Source: Catajapyx aquilonaris
Taxonomy: Eukaryota
Length of the DNA: 33,213 nucleotides
Assembly (NCBI GenBank): GCA_000934665.2
Contig: JYFJ02004296.1
Location: 1-33,213 of the forward strand
Direction of reading: 5' to 3'
This document shows positions 1 through 16,100 of this stretch, in pieces (positions within the stretch are counted from its first letter, which is position 1; each line of letters begins with the position of its first letter). Below the pieces are notes generated by a model, which saw only the letters and a program-made list of their open reading frames with translations, had not been told where the DNA came from and ran no database searches. A program made the translations under genes and the position numbers.

Positions 1-864
1 CCGACAGCTTTATTACCGAAAATATACAGAGAACATATACCTTTCCACTTTTTTCCCGTCGGTATTTTATCCCGTTCCTATTTTTTCCGTAGGTATTTGA
101 CCCGGGACCAATTTTTCCGAATATGAAGCCATGGAGAGAGTAGGTAAGCATCGGCAGAAGAAGAAAAAAAAAGTAATGCACTTCCCAGCAAGCTGTTTAT
201 TTATTCCTGTTGATTGCAAAAGGGAAGATATGCGGTGATAAACGGTGTTGGGGAAGAAAGAAAAAGAAAACGATGCTCCGAGACGAGAGAGGGAGGGGGA
301 AAAAAAAAAGTCGCTTCCCGCGGACTTGAACGCGGAGACTTTGGATCATGACGCGGACGCGCTACCGACTGAGCCACGAAGACTGTTTATAATTCCTTCT
401 GCCGAATGCTCCCCATTGTCACCGAGCAGGTTTGCCGGGCACCTATTTGACCTATAGTCGCCCATATCTCGAAAACGCTTGGCTAATGCGACTTTTTACT
501 TTCACCAATGAATTTCTGGCCTGCGATTTACCCCTAGTGTCATTTTCGGGCCGATTGGCCGATGGCCCTACAGACACTTCCCTTGTTAGTATTTGCCCAG
601 AAATAAGGGCAATAGGCTCTATAGACGAGGGTGTTTTAAGAAGTAGGAAAAGTAATTTTTCACTTCCTATATTGCATATACTGTATATTAGAAAATTGAA
701 ATATTCATAATTATGAGAACACTCGTAGTTTTGCATCTTTTTATGATCACATGTGTGCATTTATCAGGGGTTGCAGGAAGATTTGCTTTTGTTTAAATCA
801 GTGCAATATATGGTTGGCAAATGTTCAGGTCTGTAAAACAGGAGGTAATGTCTTTGAGGCTTAC

Positions 865-7799
<6,935 letters not shown>

Positions 7800-9776
7800 G
7801 CTTGCACTAGCTGTCACAAGAAATGTTTTTTTAGTCGATGGTTCACTTGTTTTGTTGTCAACACTAATTTAACAACTCCTATTTGCAGTAGAACATGAAA
7901 CAGCTAAGTGACTACGAGACCTATCTGGGTAGTGGAAGTGACAGTACAGGTTCGCATTCAATGAATGGCATGATAATCGCTATCGCCTGACATCTGGTGT
8001 ATGAGATAATGTTATGTAACTCAATTGTACGCCTCAGGTCTATCTTCCGCTTGCTTTTGTCCCCCTAAAAATAGCGCAAAATCAGAGAGCGTAAAAAATT
8101 GAAGGACACCGTGAAAGGATAAGGAAGCCTCATTATTTCACATTACGCTATTTTGAAAACTTTATAAAATCATCGTGATAACCAGAAATGTCAAAATATT
8201 ATCATTATTGTGCCAATGTGCCTTGCAACATTCCATTTTAATCACTCGAAATTCATAATTTATATCGAAATAATATTATGAAAAGGAAATATGTATTTTA
8301 AAGGTTAGTGATCCATCTGTTTGTTATTCAATCCCTACTCGGAAAGGTTCATATGAATGTACAAGGCAAAGTGTCATTCCCGTCACATAGGGCTATATTT
8401 ACTTCCTTTTCCCAACATTTATATGTTGAACTGGTGGCCACCTTCAAACAAAATAGGCCTCCTAACTATGGAACGCACGGTTCAACCAAGTACACAATAA
8501 GAGAATCCCTAGCAGGATGGTGTATATCGCTGTCTTAGCCTTATGCATGGTTTGCACGTATGAAAGTAGTATAGATATAATATATACCGGATGTACCAGA
8601 CACTAAGGCATTTACATTACCTTTCTCTGCTGCTGCTGGATTTCGAAAGACATCGCCTTACTGGTGATTTTGTTCCTACTTTTGTTTATGGGAAATAATG
8701 TCCTTTGCCATGGATGTTTCAAGTGAAATGTCCCTTTTAGATAATTTTAGGTGCTAAGGTCTACACATCATGGTATTCCGGGGCTTGTCCTTCTGTCCTT
8801 TCCCCCGGTCGACTTTTTACAAGACAAAAATGGCAATCAATTACGATGTCCGCGAGAAGCCTTGAGTTGAGTAAATCTCATTAAGAGAATGCTAGACATG
8901 TGGTGTGGTATTTCCAAAAGCGATATAAGTTTCGGGTAAGAATACATTGTTAAATGTTTAAAAATGAAAAGAACATGTCATTTGGACACCAGCTTTAATA
9001 TCCATTTTTGGCACAACCTGTTGTCATGGCACTTTCCATTTTTTATAATGTTTTAAATGTGAGGTAGGACCACGTACACAGTTTATATTTTAAAAGTCAA
9101 CTACGTTTCATTTGTAATAATAAACACATCTGGAGTGGTCCCCGTTTATGCTTTGGAGGTTCAGTTTACTTTTGCATTTAAAGGACTAGCGGATTTTTTA
9201 AGTGCCAATTCGTACACTTCCAGTACAAAACGAATACACTCTTTTTGGCAGGGCAGTTATTGAGGGAGTGGTGACATTTTTGAAGGTGTATTAATTTTTT
9301 GAGGGGGCTTGTGGCTCATATACCATGTGGATAACTGGTATTCTGTGAGGGAACATGATTACTTCTTCCCCAGTGCATGTAACATCATAATTTCATACAA
9401 GATCATTTCATTACACGAAAAAACAAACTTGCATTGTTGCTTCATACAGCGGAGGAACTGACCACTGTGCGCTTTGACAGGACGATAGCTTTACCTTTGC
9501 AGTTCCGTTTCAGACTTCAAGGCGGGAAACAATTTATTTATTACTGTTCCTTAACTTACTCTGTATTTGCATCCCTCATTTTATTACAACTTGTATCATA
9601 CGTTACGATATTTAATATGGACATCAGCTTAAGTTATTCAAGGCCTATCATTTTGTGCCCCAAAAAATTGTTCACCAACATCAGCTGTACCCTGCTCATC
9701 CTTGTGCGTTATCTGACCAATTAAAATTCTAAGAAGAGAGGTAGTCCTAGAATTTAATTTTAACAGGATACTGATG

Positions 9777-9844
<68 letters not shown>
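9777..9844. repeat. (TAG)n microsatellite, ~22 units
   Basis: Directly visible. Confidence 0.97.
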
Positions 9845-9845
<1 letters not shown>

Positions 9846-9859
9846 AATAACATGCTGCA

Positions 9860-11783
9860 CTTAACATAAAAGCTAGTTTAATTATTGTGCTCACACATAC
9901 TGTAATAAGGTACCTAAGGACACAAGGACACAAGGAACGAACATTTTAAACACTTACTTGTTACGCAAATACTGATTTACTTTATGGTTTGTAAGTTCAA
10001 GCCTTCTCCTTCAATTAGTATATATGGTAGTGATTTCATTATTGTGAATGGTGGAAGAATTTTTCCTATAAATTAAAAGACCCTCATTTTGGATTCGATG
10101 TGTGTAATAAGGCCACCACATTTGCTCTGTCGTAAATGGATATGGCATGTTGTAAATGTTACCACCTTTATCATTATTATCATCAAACATTGTTGAACTG
10201 ATGTATACGTGTACTAACCTGAGACTGTCATATAAAGTCAATTACATTCGTAAATTCACATAATAGAGAATAATAAGTCTAAAAAGAGCCAAAATTGCCA
10301 CCTTATGTTAAAACAACCGAAATCAGCGGCCAATGCCAGAAATAGCGCCATATGAGCGGAAATATAGACAGAATTTGCATATACTGTAGTAGATAGCCTA
10401 CATAAAGCATACCATCACGAGAAAAAATGTATTTAAAAAGTGACATCATTATGCTAAGAAGACATACAGTAATTATGACCTTATTACCCTGAGGTACCTT
10501 AGAACTTTTTGATATGTGATGTGAAATTATTGTAGAGCAAGTATGCAGGTAAAATAATAAGTCCAATCATTTTCAAATAGTGAAAATTAGAAACTGAAAC
10601 AGTAAGATAAGCACCAGTCGCATTAGAACATGAGGTGAAACCAATGATTATAACTTGTGCCTGTAAAATGGCTATTAATAATATTCCCTGAAGCAAAACT
10701 TGTATTGCCATTTTAGCATGACCAGGAGCAAAATTTGTGAAAAAGAAGCAGTGAATATTAGTTTCCCCCCATTTCATTGCCAACCATTATTTAATTAACT
10801 ATCATATGGCTTTTTTTGCAGCAATCACCTATGTTGCCTGAGGGTGGGGACTCCCAAAGTTAGTAAAAATCCAATCCTGCAGGACTGAAAAAAATATTGT
10901 TATTTTGTTGGTTGTTTTTATCTGGCAATCCGGAGGGATGTGTAGTACTAAATTCTGTACTCCCACCTTTAGATATGAAAGTTGCGTTCTGCAGCTATTT
11001 TTGAACAGTATTTTTAAATGCTGGTTACTAGGTCGCGAAACAGGTACAGTACAGTACAGTGCCATCGTACAGTGTACTATATCACAATATATTCCAGAAT
11101 ATCCCATTTTCCATTTTTCATTTCATTCTGTTCAGCGGATATTCCAGCATATTATTTGTGTGTTAACAGGTCGATGACACTTCTTTGCAACGTTTAAAAT
11201 TCACCTACTAGTTTTAAATTATTAGAAAGATAATTATACAATTATTATTCAAGCGGATGTCCATATTAGCCAGTTTATGCAGGGAAGTCATAAAGTCCCA
11301 TACAATTGTTGTACCATTGTGCAACAGTAAGTATTGGAAATCAGCAATGTGAACAGCTGCAATTCACAAGACATGGTTCCTGTGGCAGGTACTATGAAAT
11401 ATTTGCATAACTTTTATAACTTCAACTGTTAACAGTTAATAATCATATGAACAAAAACTTGCCTTAACTTGTTTAATGATTAATAGCAATTGTAGGAGAC
11501 TTTGTGATTCACATTGGTATATTTTAAATTCGGTAAATTATCGTCCAGTTTACAATGTTCTGAAATGTTAAAAATGGTTTCACCCTTTTTGCATACTTTT
11601 GCTCACTCCGTTATTTTGTCAGTAGCTTGCATCAACAAATGATTTCAACCATGGCAGTGCAATTCTCCCCTCACCTCCACGTCACCACTTCCTACAAATA
11701 ACAAATCTTGGCACAACATACGTCACGGTTCATATATTTTTTTTCTCGCTTTGTACTCACACAGTTTTTCAAGCTACTTGTTT
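9860..11783 (-). other. Probable long AU-rich 3' UTR of DAGL
   Basis: AT-rich tract with no obvious TE directly after the stop; ATTAAA candidates near 11472, 10790 and 9878; end point uncertain. Confidence 0.35.
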
Positions 11784-13100
11784 TCACACGCTGCTCTCGC
11801 AGTTGGCACCTCCGGATTTTCTCTGTGCAAATCCGGGATTGCCAGATGTGGATTCAGCCACCAGGGTTGATAGTAAGGGAAGCTGTGATGATACCATTGT
11901 TGGAGTCGGGGGTGACTTCCCACCAATTGGTGAGCTGGTTCTCTTGGGTGTGAAGTCTATCCCACCGTTGCAAGGAAAAGTAGAGGTGCCAGCACCAGGG
12001 GTATTAGGGTAGCTACCAGTATCAACTCCGCCATACCCGGAATCCTTTGAGGAAAAGGTGCGTCGGAGGTTGAATGTGACGCGCTTTCCATTATGCTGCG
12101 ACACTGGCGGTGATGGATCTTCGTCAATTTCGTCATCTCCATGAAGACCAGCTGAATCTGAGAGTGATGGGGGACTGGCATCGGGTTCAAGTACTATGTA
12201 TTCCCCTCCAGAGAGGTACTGTTGCGGCACTGGACTGGCTTCTGGGGCAGGTGTCCCCTCCAAAAAGTTAGTGTCAACGTAGTAGCAATATCCCTTGTTG
12301 GCATTGCCACTGTCCTTGACATATATGACACACCCACTGTCCGAGGTGGCACAGCCGGTACTACCGGTGCCACTGCTGGTGCTCTCAGCCCCACCGTCCT
12401 TGACGCAAACAATGTAACTGCCAGTCTCGGCCACACTAGGGGCACTGTTTCCAGAACCGCCACTAGTACATGCAGTACCAACGGAACCCCCAGTACCTTT
12501 GGCACATGCTGTAAAACAGCTAGTATCAGGCATGGTACCCCCTGTGGCACCACCACTGCCAGTGCCACCTCCACACATGTAGTAACTTGCTTTCGAGCTT
12601 ATACTGGACACCTCCGATAGTGTTTCGGGGCTCGCCAGTGGTGCTCTTCCGGCACCCCAGTCATCATTAGCAGCAGCATCCTTTCCAGGTCTCCAAGCAA
12701 ACACACTCGAGCTTAAACTCCCATTTGCCCGACACTGCTGCAGTAACTGGTCCTCAAGTGCTGACGCATACTCCCATGTTAAAGCTGTTAAGAGCCCATT
12801 TAGCTTTGGATGGTGATGATGACCATTGGTAACAGTGATACTGGTTTCAGGTGTTAGTGAGGTGAAACTTGTCTCCATCAGAAGGCGGTGAGGAGGAGTG
12901 GTCGCTTTGGGACTCCCTGGACTCCCACTCCCGTTCATGATTGCAGGTGTCACTGGTAGGAGACAGCAGCGTTCCGAGTCAGGATTCGGGTCGCAGTTGG
13001 GATGTGGTGGGGGTGCTGGATTTGTTGTCGGAATTGTTGTGCAAGGGAGGCATGTCGGGAGGGTACGATGAGGTTTGGCAGGGCCAATGTGTTGCAGCAC
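11784..13100 (-). CDS. DAGLA: DAGL terminal coding exon, 438-aa C-terminal tail ending CESSV*
   Basis: cag|GTG acceptor at 13101-13102, phase 0, 1317-nt GC-richer open frame; APLASPETLSEVSSISS block recalled as resembling insect DAGL-alpha tails. Confidence 0.88.
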   Translation of the reverse strand: MLQHIGPAKPHRTLPTCLPCTTIPTTNPAPPPHPNCDPNPDSERCCLLPVTPAIMNGSGSPGSPKATTPPHRLLMETSFTSLTPETSITVTNGHHHHPKLNGLLTALTWEYASALEDQLLQQCRANGSLSSSVFAWRPGKDAAANDDWGAGRAPLASPETLSEVSSISSKASYYMCGGGTGSGGATGGTMPDTSCFTACAKGTGGSVGTACTSGGSGNSAPSVAETGSYIVCVKDGGAESTSSGTGSTGCATSDSGCVIYVKDSGNANKGYCYYVDTNFLEGTPAPEASPVPQQYLSGGEYIVLEPDASPPSLSDSAGLHGDDEIDEDPSPPVSQHNGKRVTFNLRRTFSSKDSGYGGVDTGSYPNTPGAGTSTFPCNGGIDFTPKRTSSPIGGKSPPTPTMVSSQLPLLSTLVAESTSGNPGFAQRKSGGANCESSV

Positions 13101-16100
13101 CTGTCGATTGCGAAAATTTGTTAGCGAAAGGGTCTAATTAAATATCTGGTGTAATCTGTTACGATATTTAATGGTGATATAAATATAAATTATATGTTAA
13201 GTGGACGGTGTTCTCACCATACTATACAAGGCATTTACTGGTGGCGCAAAAAAAATCCGCGACAAAATCCCCGACCAAATATTTTTATAGCAGATAAATG
13301 TGTAATAACTTATGGGGCGATTCACCCGCTGCGCAACCCTGGTTTCATGAAATATCTGTGGGGAGTGTGAATGAAGATAGGATATAATAACGTAGTGAAT
13401 ATAATTTCCTTCTTCAAGTAAAGAAAATCCCCAATAAAGACGAAGATGTTGAAAAAATTCTCCGCCTTCTTTCAATGACATTTTTGTATGCGACGCACTA
13501 TATTGGAGATAATACCCTGCAGCACATAAAAGGAAATTACTGTAGGCTCACGTTTGATGTCTTCTTTCAGATTTTTAATTATTACTGTATTCTTTCCTTT
13601 TAGACGAGTCTATAGACGGCTCCAGTCAAGCGATCTTTGTGACTACTGTACAATTGTTTCATAATTATCTCGCGTTTTCAAATAAATTACGGTACATTAT
13701 TCGTGCTCTTATTCGACCCATGAGATGTTAGCTGCTTTATCTTCCTGGAAGAAGCCTCGAAAAAGTTAGTATATAGTCAACTGATTCACGAACTTGTTAA
13801 AATTCACCAAGTGGGGAAGGCGCGGTGGCCGAGATGGTAAAGTCTCGGCTTGCTGAGCGGAAGGTCCCGGGTTCGATCCCCGCCCGGGATTTCCCTTTCG
13901 CCTGTGCCAGTGGGTCTCTGCCCGCGCCTACTCGTAAGAAGGCGTCTTGGCAACCTAGCCTTCTGGGGGACTGCACATGACCCATTTCCGACATTGCACT
14001 TGCACCTGTGTCCCCTCCCCAAAAATCCCTATCCTTACCCCCATTTCCTTGCTTCCCTGCACGGAGAACGAAGAAAAAGTATGAAATACTAGAAAACCGA
14101 TGGTGGTAGGCCACCCCCCCCCCCCATAACGACTTACAGTTTTACAGTTGTGTCATGGAGTTAAATAAATAAATAAATAAATAATTCAGAAAGACTGGCG
14201 TGCGGGAGGCGGGAGGGTGGTAGTCGGTGGGGGCAGCGGGCTGTGTCGCTAAGATAGGTCTGTGTCCGCAAGGAAGGAAGGTTACTCTTGGTTAGGTTAG
14301 GTTGGTACACCATACCGTTTCCAAAATCCAAAAAAAAACAATCTGCCTTTGCGACATAGCCAAGCTGCCCCCAGCCACCACTCCCCCTGCCGCATCCCGC
14401 ACGCCAGAAAGGGTTAGTCTTTCCAAGAAAAGACACATCGTACATTATCACAAATCGTACGGTGTGTGTGGTTTTTTGATAACGCTAACCTAATAATGCT
14501 AACTATTATGTCCTAGTCCTCGTAACTGCTTATGCTTGCTTGGGATACTGTCTAAGTTCTATGTGTCTGGCTGTAACAATCAACATCAAAATAATGTCCT
14601 TACCCTTTGCAGAGCCTGCAGAACTTTGTCGGGCATGTGGTCCTGGACCATGACCGGGGAGATTAGGACTTGATCAAAATCAGCATTGTCCACCCATAGT
14701 GCCTGGAAAACCGGTTCTCCTTTCTTCACCACCTGTCTGCATGGTTGAAAAAATGATGGAGATTAGAATGGTCACAATTTCATAATAAAAATTCACAACT
14801 ACTAGGTACTACAAGTATGTGCCATTACAGGGAGGAATATCACTCTCATGCTAGGTCTACCATATAAGCTACGAGTAATATACCAGCTACACGTATACCC
14901 GACACGCTCAGAGGTGATCCATGCTTATAAAGAAGGTTTCATAAAAATGGGTGCCTTTGAAAGGTGTCCCTCAATTTTATCAAAAATACAGTAATGTCAC
15001 TATTGCCCTGCAGATCACCAAGGTTAAGTGGGCCCTAGGTGGTTGACTGTGGCTTTCAGCAGAGTCCCAGAGGATTTGCTGGAGAGTGATGCCACATCAT
15101 GAATGAATGCACTATTTCATAAGCACCCTATAACAGAAGAAATGGTGGGAATGGGTTGGCTTCATTCAACCTCTCAGGGGAAGTGGCATTTTCAGGCTCA
15201 ATTTCAGACAGCATAATGAATTCCATCTGACACTGACACCACCATCACAAGACAATGAGATCAGGTGAACTCAGGCTATTCCTCTGCCTTAAAACACCGG
15301 CCAGCTGAGAACAAGCTATCTACATTTATGGGAACATTGGGAAGACATGCAACTTGAAGGAACAATAATTTTACTGGTTCGCCTATGTACAGTACTATAC
15401 GTACCTCCACCGACTTTCGTATCTCTGCCTAAGAGGAAAAAGATAAGCGAGTGTCACTAAACATGACTGTGCTCACGACCCTACTGGTATGTACTAGTGT
15501 ATACGTGTGCTATACGTAAACCTAAGGAAACTAATGTGGGGTTGTCCATAAAATACGTAACATTATTTTCAATAATTTTCGATCCCCAACTACATACCAC
15601 TACATAATGAAGCTAGATAAGGTTATTTGCAATGTTATAACCGGTATTTTCTCAACCCTTGCCTGGTTCTCGAGCGTGTGCAGTACATTCTTTCATCTGC
15701 TCTATTGCATTACCACGTCCCCAAACTTGGATACAATATGTAGATCTCAATAGGAATACCCTATTGGCATTGGTCATGTGCACTTTTTGTGTAAAATTTT
15801 TTAAATAACAACTAAAAACTATATTTCTTGGTATGATGGTAGGAGATCTAGCACACAGACAGTCACATACGTTCCTGTACCCCCTACATGTTCAGCCCCC
15901 TCCCCTCCCCAACACACAACGTACACACATCCAACACACAAAGTAATATAACTCCATCACCAGCTTCACATAAACATGAAGGACATGAATTTCTACCTTA
16001 GTTCATGACACAAAGGGAACGACTTTCACTTCTTTTACTGTAGACGCTCTAGTAACAGTATAGGACAACCACAGGATTAATGCACCACTCGTCTCAGCAC

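Noticed and set aside
9638..9853. Poly-Thr ORF
   Set aside because: Translation of the (TAG)n microsatellite
11708..13141. Overlapping plus-strand and alternative-frame ORFs (66-132 aa)
   Set aside because: Shadows of the GC-rich DAGL terminal exon with no recognisable domains
13819..13890. Functional tRNA gene (GCT in the anticodon-like loop)
   Set aside because: Acceptor and anticodon stems pair poorly, there is no long Ser variable arm, and the body is shared with a second dispersed copy, so it is a SINE head
15537..15590. Harbinger-like terminus ggggttgtccataaaatacgtaac
   Set aside because: No partner TIR or TSD found
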